This document shows positions 43,657 to 52,435 of a stretch of 64,000 nucleotides of DNA, piece by piece. Source of the DNA: Candidatus Eiseniibacteriota bacterium (lineage in GTDB: Bacteria > Eisenbacteria > RBG-16-71-46); assembly GCA_963717505.1 (NCBI GenBank), contig OY970342.1, positions 3,872,001-3,936,000 of the forward strand, written 5' to 3'. A program made the position numbers and the translations under genes. Under the pieces are notes generated by a model. It made no database searches, was not told the origin of the DNA, and saw only the letters and a program-made list of their open reading frames with translations. Position 1 is the first letter of the stretch. Each line of letters starts with the position of its first letter.

Positions 43657-46600
43657 GACGAGCGGTCCAAGAGTCGCGTACACCGCGGGCATCACGACCA
43701 GCGTGAGCACGGTCGCCGAACAGTGAGCCCGCCGATCAGGGTGATCGCCAGCGGACGCGCGGAGCTCGGCGCCCTCGCCGGTCGCGATCGCCATCGGCAC
43801 CAGACCGAGCACGGTGGTCAGCGTGGTCATCAGGATCGGGCGCAGCGCGGACCGAGCCGGCCTCGACCAGCGCGTCGAGCTTGGCGCGGCCCTGCGTCGC
43901 GCAGCTCGCGTTGGCGTAGTCGACCAGCACGATGCGCGTTGTTGACCACGATCCCGGCCAGCACCACCAGGCCGATCAGCACCATGACGCTGACCGAGGT
44001 GCCGGTGAGCCACCAGGGCGAGCACCACGCCGATCACGCCGATCGGCATCGTGAACATGATCACGAACGGATGCAGCAGCGACTCGAACTGGCTCGCCAT
44101 CACCAGGTAGACCAGGAAGACCGCGAGCAGCAGCGCGAACCGGAGCGAGCCGAACGACTCGCGCCAGCTCGCGGTTCTGGCCGGCCAGCGCGACCTGGAC
44201 GCCCGGCGGCAGGTCCATGCCCGCCAGCGACCGCCTCGATGTCGTCGCGCGGCCGAAGCCAGGTCGCGACCCTGGAGGTTGGCGGTGACCACCGCGGCGC
44301 GCTGCTGGCCGATGCGCCGGATCTCGCCGGGGCCGCGCGCGACCCGGACGTCGGCGACCGCGCCGAGCGGCACGACCGTCCCCTGATTGCGCCCGACTTC
44401 GAGCTGGGCGAGCTCGGCGACCATCGAGCGCTCGTCCTCGGTGGCGCGCACGCGCACGTCGATCTTGCGCTCGAGATCGTTGAACTGGGTCGCCGCCTCG
44501 CCCTGCACGGCGTTCCGCACCAGACGCGAGCGCCGACATCGGGTCCAGGTGCATGGCGGCCAGCCGGTCGCGATCGAACGCGATCTGCACCTCGGGATCG
44601 CCGAGCCGCATCGAGGCTCTCGACGTCGGTCAGCCCCGGGCATCCGCGTCCAGCTCGCGCGACCACGGTCGGCGCCAGCGGCGCGCAGCGTGTCCAGGTC
44701 GTAGGCGTAGATCTCGACTTCGATCGGCGTCTGGAAGCGGAACAGCGACGGCACTTCGTAGTCGTAGGTCAGCCCCGGGCATCGGCGTCCATCGCGTCGC
44801 GCAGCACGGTGGCCACGGCCGTCCTCGGCCTTGCGGTCGTCGGCGCGTTTCATGCACCACCGCGATCTGGCCGCGGTTGGCCTCGCGCGCCGAGCCGGCG
44901 AACGCCGCGAGATCGGTCTGCCCGGCGCTGGTGTGAACGAACTTGACCCGCGGGTCCTTGCGCACCTGGGCGGCGAGCTGCTCGAGCGCGCTGGTCGGTG
45001 ACGTGCAGCGCCGTGCCCCGGCGGCAGTCGTCACGTTGAAGCGGAACTCGCCCTGGGTGAACGGCGGGAACAGATTCCGCGGCAGCGGAGATCCGACCGC
45101 CAGCGATGCCACGAACGCCAGCGTGGACCAGCCCAGCACGGCGCACCGGCCGCGCGAGCGCCGCCGCGCAGAACCACGGGATAGCTGCGCGTCGAGCGGC
45201 GCTCATCCCGGCGTCGAACGGCTGCAGCAGACGATCGACCCACGGCCGAATGCAGATGTCCCGCCTGACGCCACCAGCCAGGTGACGAACCGGCGGCAGT
45301 GCCAGCAGGACGAAGAGCCACCCATCGATTCGCCGTCGCGCAGCGACCCGGGCGATTCGCTTCGGCTCCTATCCCCGGCGCCGGATGCGCGACGGATCCA
45401 CGACCCAGGACGCCGTAGATGGTCGGCACCAGCGTCAGGGCGACAACCAGCGAGGCCAGCTGCGAGAAGGTGATGATCAGCGCCTGGTCGCGGATCAGCT
45501 GTCCGGCCAGTCCCTCGACGAAGACCAGCGGGCACGAACACCGCGACCGTGGTGAGCGTCGAGGCGGTGACCGCCATCGCCACGTTCGCCGGTGCCGCGG
45601 CGCGCGGCGCTCGCCGGCGTCGAGGCCCTCCTCGCGCTTCGGAAGATGCTCTCGAGCACGACGATCGAGTTGTCCACCAGATTGCCGACGCCGAGCGCCA
45701 GGCCGCCGAGCGACATGAGGTTGAGCGACAGCGCCGAAGCGGTACATGACGATGAACGTCGCGAGCACCGAGACCGGGATCGCGAGCGCGATGATCAGCG
45801 TCGTGCGCAAGTCGCGCAGGAATGCGAAGAGCACCAGGACCGCCAGCAGGCCGCCCAGCAACAGCGGAGGTCATGACGTCGTCGATCGCGGCGCGATGAA
45901 GCGCGACTGGTCGGCGACCGCGACCAGCTTCAGGTCGCGAGGCAACGGGATCGCCTTGGCGCGGCCCTGGACGGCGGGGCGACCGCCACGGTGTTGGCGT
46001 CGCCCTCCTTGTAGATCCGCGATCTCGACTGATTCCTCGCCGTCGACCCGGGCCACGACCTCGCGGTCCGCGCGCCACGCGAAACTGTGGCCACGTCCGA
46101 GACCCGAACCACGCCGTCATCGCGCACCGCCAGGATGACCTCGGCGATCTCTGCGGGCTCGGCGAACTGGTTGATCGCGCGCACCAGGTACTCGGAGCGC
46201 CCTCGGTCAGCGAGCCGCCGGCCAGGTTGATGTTCTCGTCGCGCAGGCGTTGAGTGACGTCGGCGAGCGACAGCCCCACCGCCGAGAGCCGGGCGGCATC
46301 GACGTCGACCTGGATTTCCTCTTCCTCGCCACCCGACGACGCGCACCGCGGCCACGCCCGAGACGCCCTCGAGGTCGCGCTTGACCGTCTGCTCGGCGAT
46401 CCGGCGCAGCCGGCGCAGGTTGCCGCCGCCCGAGAGTCGGTAGCGCAGGATCGGGTCGAGCGCCGGGTCGAAGCGCAGGATCGCCGGCCGCTCGCGCCTC
46501 ACGCGGTAGCGTGACCAGGTCCAGCTTCTCGCGCACCGAGAGCGACGCCAGGTCCATGCGCGTTCCGGAGCTGGAACTCGAGGGTGACCTCGGACTGGCC

Positions 46601-46858
46601 GGGACGCGAGATCGAGTGCATGCGCACGAGACCGGGCACCACGCCTGCCGCTTCCTCGACCGGGCGAGTGACGAACTGCTCGACGTCGCCGGGGGCGGCG
46701 TCGGGCAGATTGGTGCGCACCGTGAGCGACGGGTAGGAGATATCGGGCAGCAGGTCGACGGCGAGGCGCGTCTGGGCTACCAGCCCGAAGATCGCCACCG
46801 CGGCGGTGGCCATGAACACCGTGATCGGCCGGCGGATCGACCCTTCGACCAGGCGCAT
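43653..46858 (-). CDS. RND efflux permease (first subunit), split by indels
   Basis: [40 protein letters not shown] and LRPILMTT. Confidence 0.88.
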
Positions 46859-46865
46859 GTGCGGC

Positions 46866-47967
46866 CTACAAGGTGACGGCGCGGATCTTCGATCCGGGCT
46901 TGAGGCCGCCCTGACCGACGGTGACGACGCTGTCCCCCGACGACACCCCGTTCAGGATCTGCGCCGTGTCGTTCTCCGACGGCTCCGACGGTCACCGAGA
47001 CCCGATTGACGCTGTCGCCGCGTGCGACGAACACGAATGACTCGCCGTCCTCGGTGATCACGCCACGGCGCGGAATCAGCAGCGCTCGATCGAACGTGCC
47101 AGTCTTGAGCCGAACTCGGGCGAACGTGCCGGGACGCAGGGCGCCCGATGAATTGGGCACTTCGACCGTGACCTTGAACGTGCCGTTGGCGCGATCCACC
47201 ACCGGATTGACGATCGCGACCCGGGCCGGGAACGACTGTCCGGGATGGGTGTCGAACGTGAGTTCGGCGATCTGGCCGAGGCGCACACGCGCCAGCTCGC
47301 GCTCGGGGAAGTAGAGGCGCGCGAGCACCGGATCGAAGTCCACGAGCCGGAAGCACTCGCGGCCCTCGGGGACGGTCTCGCCCAGGTGGACCATGCGCTC
47401 GACCAGTCGTCCCGAGAACGGCGCGACGATCCGCGTCTGGGTCAGGTCGTATCGCGCCTGCTCGAGTGCCACCCAGGCGTTGCGAACCCCCAGCTCCTTT
47501 TCATCCAGCTCCTTCTGGCTCAGGTAATCCTTGGCCTGGAGCTGCTGCCCGCGATCGTGCTCGCGTTTAGCCAGTTCCCAGGCCAGTTCGGTGCGCTCGA
47601 CCGCCAGCCGGGCCTCGGTGTCGTCGAGGCGGACCAGCACCTGCCCTTTGGTGACGTAGGCACCCTCCTCGACCAGCACCTCGACGATCGGACCCTCGGC
47701 GCGCGCCACCAGGGTCGCGGTGTTTTGGGCCTCGAGCGTCGCGGTGGTTTCGAGGAAGGTCGAGATCGGGCCCGAGAGCACCGCCGAAAGCTCGACCGGC
47801 GCGGGAGGCGGCGCTTTGTCGTCCTTCTTCTTGTCGGACTTGCCGTTGCTGCCCGCGTTGCGCGCGATCAGCAGGCTCGCGATCGCAACGCCGACAATGA
47901 CCACGCCAACCGCGGACCAGATCATGATGCGGCGCGGCCGTCGCTTGATCGGACGATCTTCGATCAC
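46866..47967 (-). CDS. RND membrane fusion protein
   Basis: TM anchor, lipoyl motif VEEGAYVTKGQVLVRLD, IVAPFSG and LRPG.F; frameshift near 46970. Confidence 0.9.
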
Positions 47968-48263
47968 GGGGACCTCCTCGGCCGCACCCGGGCGGCAGCC
48001 TGCCGGACAGCGATTCCCGGTCGAGCCGTCGCCCGTCCGGCGGGAGCCTCAGGGCGGTGCGAAATCGGACCTGGAGTCCCAAGCTGACGCGGATGTCGAT
48101 GCTTACGCAAGCCTCGACCGGTGGGTTGCGTGACTGTCGGACGAACGCGGCATTCAGGCCCCGCGAGCGCTGAACCGCCCGGGCTGAAGGTCCGTCGGAC
48201 CGGGTTCCGTCGCGGGTCCGGCATTGAGCCAGTCGACCCCGGAGGGGTATTCCGCCCGGGGGG

Positions 48264-49628
48264 TCAGCCCTGGTAGTAGCGGTCCGCCACCTCGAGGGCC
48301 TTGTCGATCGCGGCCAACCCCTCGCGCGCTTCGTCCGGCGTGGTGGTGCATGGCGGCGTCACCTGCAGCCGGTTGAAATGAGCGAACGGCCAGACGCCGC
48401 CCGCCTTGCAGGCGCTCATCAGCTCGACCATCGGCTGGGCCGCCGGCCCCGCGGCGTTGAACGGCACCAACGGCTCACGCGTGTCGCGATTGCGCACCAG
48501 CTCGATCGCCCAGAACACGCCGAGCCCGCGCACCTCGCCGACGCTCGGGTGCCTGGCGGCGATCCTTTCCAGCTCGGGACCGATCACCTCGGCGCCCAGG
48601 CGCCGGGCGTTCTCGATGATCCGTTCCTCCTTGAAGACCCCGATGCTGGCCACGATCGACGCGCACGCCAGCGGATGCCCCGAATAGGTGAGGCCACCCA
48701 GGTACACGCGATCCTTGAAGGTCTCGGCGATGCGCCGGCTGATGATCACGCCGCCGACCGGGACGTAACCCGAGTTGGAGCCCTTGGCGAAGGCGATCAG
48801 ATCGGGCGTCACCTTCCAGCGGTCGACCGCGAACCATTCGCCACAGCGTCCGAAACCGGCCATGACTTCGTCGCAAATCATGACGATGCCGTGCTTGGTG
48901 CACAGATCGCGCACGCCCTGCAGGTAGCCATCCGGCGGCACCAGGATGCCGTTGGTGCCGACCACGGTCTCGAGCACGATCGCGGCCACCGTGTGCGGCC
49001 CCTCGACCATCAGGACGTTCGACAGATGCTCGAGCGCACGCGCGCATTCTTCGGCGGCATCCCGCGCGTGGAACGCGGATCGATAGAGATAGGGACCCCA
49101 GAACTTGACGATCCCGGGCATGCCCGGCTCGCTCCCCCATCGGCGGGGATCGCCGGTCATGGTGATCGAAGTTCCGGTGGCACCGTGATAGCTGCGATAG
49201 GCGGTCAGCACCTTGTGGCGGCCGGTGTGTCCGCGCGCCATCCGCACCGCGTTCTCGTTCGCCTCGGCGCCGCCGTTGGTGAAGAACACCATGTCGAGAT
49301 CGCCCGGAGCCAGCTCGGCGATCAGGCGCGCGGCCTCGCTGCGCATGTCGTTGGCGTGGAACGGCGCAATGGTGCACAGGCGCGCCGCCTGTTCCTGGAT
49401 CGCGGCGATCAGCTTGGGATGCTGGTGCCCGATGTTGACGTTGACCAGCTGGCTGGAGAAATCGAGCCAGGTGTTGCCCTTGTCGTCCCACATGCGGGAG
49501 CCCTTGGCCCCGGCGATCACCGTGGGCTTGAGCGCCCCCTGGGCCGACCAGGAGTGGAAGACGTGGGCGCGGTCGTTGGCGTAGGCGCTGTCGAGATAGG
49601 GCGAGGTGTGCGTTTCGAGGTGGGTCAT
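48264..49628 (-). CDS. Class III PLP aminotransferase (taurine/omega-amino acid:pyruvate-like)
   Basis: VFHSWSAQ, FFTNGGAEANE, SYHG, DEVMAGFGR, AKG and GLTYSGHP. TATCAT 7 nt upstream of the ATG suggests a leaderless mRNA. Confidence 0.92.
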   Translation of the reverse strand: MTHLETHTSPYLDSAYANDRAHVFHSWSAQGALKPTVIAGAKGSRMWDDKGNTWLDFSSQLVNVNIGHQHPKLIAAIQEQAARLCTIAPFHANDMRSEAARLIAELAPGDLDMVFFTNGGAEANENAVRMARGHTGRHKVLTAYRSYHGATGTSITMTGDPRRWGSEPGMPGIVKFWGPYLYRSAFHARDAAEECARALEHLSNVLMVEGPHTVAAIVLETVVGTNGILVPPDGYLQGVRDLCTKHGIVMICDEVMAGFGRCGEWFAVDRWKVTPDLIAFAKGSNSGYVPVGGVIISRRIAETFKDRVYLGGLTYSGHPLACASIVASIGVFKEERIIENARRLGAEVIGPELERIAARHPSVGEVRGLGVFWAIELVRNRDTREPLVPFNAAGPAAQPMVELMSACKAGGVWPFAHFNRLQVTPPCTTTPDEAREGLAAIDKALEVADRYYQG

Positions 49629-51097
49629 GAAGGATATGATACGTGACGTGAGAGCACTACGAAAACTGCGGTGCAGTTGCGTGAGTCGGAGCGGGCCGGA
49701 GGCCACGCTTCCGAAATCAAGCGCCGTGGGGTAGATCGAGCACTCGCAACCGAGGTGACGATGCCCTGGATCGTCGCGAAGACGTCGGAACAGCCTTCGT
49801 CACTGGAGCGGATGCGCCACTCGCCCAAGGTGGTATCGCAGCGCGTCGGCTGGCCGACGCTGAGGTCGGCTCTCCAGCAGAGGGTGAAGGTGCGCGACTG
49901 CCCGGCGTTCAGGCTGTACGGCGGACTGCTTCCCGCACCACTGATCGTCACGCCATCGAGCAGGATGGTGCCCGTGTCCCAGCCGATTTGCTGGGCACTC
50001 AAGTTGCCGGTCTGCAGCGTGCTCGAATTGTTCTTGAGCGTCAGGCTGCCACAGCGGATCTCGCCGGGCCGGAAGTAGCCGAAGTGGATCTGCTCAGGCT
50101 GGTAGGAGCAGCCGATCACGCCGCTGCCCCAGCAGCTGAGCGGCGGGCAGCCGGCTCCGACGTTGACTTCGCAGGTGTGGTCGCCGACGTAGATCGGCTC
50201 AAAGCGCACGATGAAGGTCTGGCGCTCGCCCGGACCCAGGTCGTAGCTCGCTTGGCCGGCAATGCTGAAACCGGGGCAACTCTCGGTAACCGTGCCCGCC
50301 AGGTTGCTGGTGCCCACATTCGTGAGCTCGAAGGTGGCGTCGGAGCGAGTGCCCAGCGCCTGCTGCGGGAACAAGAGACCGCTGACGGAGAGCTGGCAGG
50401 CGGGATCGACGGGAACCCCGGTGCCGGTGCACATGATTGCTGGGCAGCCGGAGGCGGTGATCGTGCAGCTTTGGATCCCGGCTTGGCTTGGGTGGAAGCG
50501 GATCGTGAGGGTCTCTGACTGGCCTGGGCCCAAGTCGTAGCCCGTCAGGCCCTCGATCGCGAAGGCTGGGCAAGATTCGGCGAGGCTTCCGACCAGCCGG
50601 CGAGTTCCGGTGTTCGTGACGGTGAAGGTTCGATCCAGGACCTGACCGACGGTCACGCTACCGAAATCAAGGGTGGCCGGCGATACAGCACAAGTATCCG
50701 GTCCCGGGATCCCCGTGCCCTGGCAGGCCACGATGCATGCGGCCTGGCCGGTCGAGACCGTACAGCGATATGCACCCTCCGCCGGAGGAGAGAAGCGGAC
50801 CGCGATGATGACGGATTGGCCCACGCTCAGGACGTAGTCGGAGCTCCCAGCAATCAGGAAGCCGGTGCAGTTGGCGGTCAACGCTCCCGACAGGACACCG
50901 TCGCCGGCGTTGGTCAGGGTCACCTGCCGGTCCGCGGACGATCCGACGGCGACGCTTCCAAAATTCATGCTCGTGGCACTGAGCGAGCACTGGGGCGACG
51001 GCGGTGCCGTCGGGGGATCGGATTTCTTGGCACACGCCAGCGCCGCCGCAACAAGCGTGAACAGGACGTACGAGGAGATGCGAGGGTTGGGCTTCAC
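49625..51097 (-). CDS. Cys-rich lipoprotein with four tandem ASH/choice-of-anchor-D Ig-like domains; 3' end appears truncated
   Basis: Lipobox ALAC and ~95-aa repeats C.....L.FG.V.VG...D...T.TN.G...L...C..F...Y.L.PG....I.RF.P...G...C....C....C.G.G; start overlaps the recombinase stop (GTGA). Confidence 0.75.
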   Translation of the reverse strand: MKPNPRISSYVLFTLVAAALACAKKSDPPTAPPSPQCSLSATSMNFGSVAVGSSADRQVTLTNAGDGVLSGALTANCTGFLIAGSSDYVLSVGQSVIIAVRFSPPAEGAYRCTVSTGQAACIVACQGTGIPGPDTCAVSPATLDFGSVTVGQVLDRTFTVTNTGTRRLVGSLAESCPAFAIEGLTGYDLGPGQSETLTIRFHPSQAGIQSCTITASGCPAIMCTGTGVPVDPACQLSVSGLLFPQQALGTRSDATFELTNVGTSNLAGTVTESCPGFSIAGQASYDLGPGERQTFIVRFEPIYVGDHTCEVNVGAGCPPLSCWGSGVIGCSYQPEQIHFGYFRPGEIRCGSLTLKNNSSTLQTGNLSAQQIGWDTGTILLDGVTISGAGSSPPYSLNAGQSRTFTLCWRADLSVGQPTRCDTTLGEWRIRSSDEGCSDVFATIQGIVTSVASARSTPRRLISEAWPPARSDSRNCTAVFVVLSRHVSYPS

Positions 51098-51771
51098 GGC
51101 GGCAAGTCTCGATACCCGGGGGCGGGTGGTTCATGGACAAAGCCCGAGCCGACGCTTGCCGGCTGAGTCTGGTACGCCGCGCCTGAGTCCGGATGCACGA
51201 TCCACGGCGATCGCTCGAGCTGCTCGAAGAGCGCGGCGCGATGTCGGTCGGTGATCCGCGCGTAGATCGAGGTGCTCCGAATCGACTGATGTCCGAGGTG
51301 ATCCTGGACGAACTCAAGACTGACGCCGGCATCCAACAGATGCGTCGCGATCGAGTGCCTCAAGCAGTGGCAGGTGTACCGACTGGGCAGATGCGCGCGA
51401 TCGCGGTAGCGGGCGAACAGGGACTGGATCTGGCGTTTGCGCAGCGGCCCATCGCGCCCGGGGAACAGGGGACCATCCGGACGACCTGGAGCCATGGCCC
51501 GGAATGTCTGCAGCAAGCTTGCTGTCGAGCCGAACAGCGGCCGCTCGGTCCACGCCCCACCCTTGAGTCGCTTGACCACGATCCGGCCGCGTTCGAAATC
51601 GACGTCGCCACGGACAAGGAGTGCTACCTCCCCGACGCGCAGGCCGTAGTGATAGATCAGCGCGAAAAGCGCGCGGTCGCGAGGCTCCGCGATGGCCTGG
51701 AAAAAGGCACGGACTTCGATCTGGGTGAGGTAGCGGGGCAGGCGCTGACTCGCGCCCGCGGGGCGGGGCAT
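51094..51771 (-). CDS. Short FimB/FimE-like tyrosine recombinase
   Basis: 225 aa, catalytic domain only: YLT..E, YGLRVGE (R), RLKGG (K), HCLRH (HxxR), LGH and TSIY (Y). Confidence 0.92.
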   Translation of the reverse strand: MPRPAGASQRLPRYLTQIEVRAFFQAIAEPRDRALFALIYHYGLRVGEVALLVRGDVDFERGRIVVKRLKGGAWTERPLFGSTASLLQTFRAMAPGRPDGPLFPGRDGPLRKRQIQSLFARYRDRAHLPSRYTCHCLRHSIATHLLDAGVSLEFVQDHLGHQSIRSTSIYARITDRHRAALFEQLERSPWIVHPDSGAAYQTQPASVGSGFVHEPPAPGYRDLPP

Positions 51772-51801
51772 GGATTCGAGGGGATCAAGGGCGAGACCGG
51801 C

Positions 51802-51829
51802 ACTGCACCTTTTAGCGAAACGGTGCGGT
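51802..51829. repeat. Putative recombination site A (11-6-11)
   Basis: ACTGCACCTTT-TAGCGA-AACGGTGCGGT: imperfect inverted arms around a 6-bp core. Confidence 0.7.
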
Positions 51830-51964
51830 GCTTGGGCTTGAGCCGACCGGGCGGGACCTGAGGAGGGTGTCGGCCGGTCGGCCAGGTCAACCGAGGAATC
51901 AGGCCGTGGCAGAAACCGGCGTTCTTGCCGTTACTTCAGCGGATTCTGGGGGCCCAGAGGCGGG

Positions 51965-51992
51965 ACTGCACCTTCTCGCTAGATGGTGCGCT
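51965..51992. repeat. Putative recombination site B (11-6-11, core inverted relative to A)
   Basis: ACTGCACCTTC-TCGCTA-GATGGTGCGCT; TCGCTA is the reverse complement of TAGCGA. Confidence 0.7.
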
Positions 51993-52002
51993 AGGAATTC
52001 CA

Positions 52003-52031
52003 AACATACGCTCTCAAGCTCCGATCGTCAA
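52003..52031 (-). promoter_or_regulatory. Sigma70-type promoter firing into site B and the recombinase operon
   Basis: TTGACG-N17-TATGTT on the minus strand. Confidence 0.6.
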
Positions 52032-52129
52032 TCCGCTCGCGAAACCGTCCATCTCTCCTCCCTACATTCAATTCAAACGGAGCCCACGGTTACCACCCAC
52101 GCCCAGAAGGTCCCAGTGCTTTCAGCTTG

Positions 52130-52435
52130 TCAAACCTTTGAATCGCGTGTCCCTTCGGTTCTTAATCGCTTGATGGCCGCCTCAATCCTTCCCCTAAGCG
52201 CCGGATCTGTCCTCCATTGTTCATCCGGAGGAATGTCGAACCCCATCGCGTGCAGATCTTTCACTACCTCACGAACGACACGGTGGGCCGACGGCGCCCC
52301 AAAATAATCGTCCCAGTCCCATCTACGCTCCTCGCCCCTGAGAAATCGCTCTAGCGCTTCCGCCATGCCTTCGGGTTCGATTCCACCAAAGATCTTGTCT
52401 CGCAGCTCTCTCAGCCACACGATTAGAGCTCGCAT
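52130..52435 (-). CDS. Putative immunity protein of the RHS toxin
   Basis: 101-aa ORF whose ATG overlaps the RHS stop (TAATG); contains ERFLRG...WDWDDYF. Confidence 0.65.
   Translation of the reverse strand: MRALIVWLRELRDKIFGGIEPEGMAEALERFLRGEERRWDWDDYFGAPSAHRVVREVVKDLHAMGFDIPPDEQWRTDPALRGRIEAAIKRLRTEGTRDSKV

Noticed and set aside
41200-47000. Fragmented RND permease and MFP genes, and an apparent RND-folB fusion ORF (40136-42226)
   Set aside because: This is a second error-rich block. folB has its own SD and TTG start, so the fusion is an artefact of a frameshift near 41215.
50864-50871. Extra GGTGCAGT copy of the recombinase arm
   Set aside because: It lies in coding sequence (Asn-Cys-Thr) with no partner arm at the expected spacing; treated as chance and noted as a caveat for the island-end motifs.
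51094-51992. Integron (IntI/attC) or chromosomal XerC/dif locus
   Set aside because: The enzyme lacks the N-terminal domain and the IntI insertion; there are no RYYYAAC/GTTRRRY attC sites and no XerD arm (TTATGTTAAAT).
52014-52052. 12-codon ORF MDGFASGLTIGA behind a GGAGGAG SD (minus strand)
   Set aside because: Too short to support and it overlaps the predicted -35 box; possibly a gene remnant.
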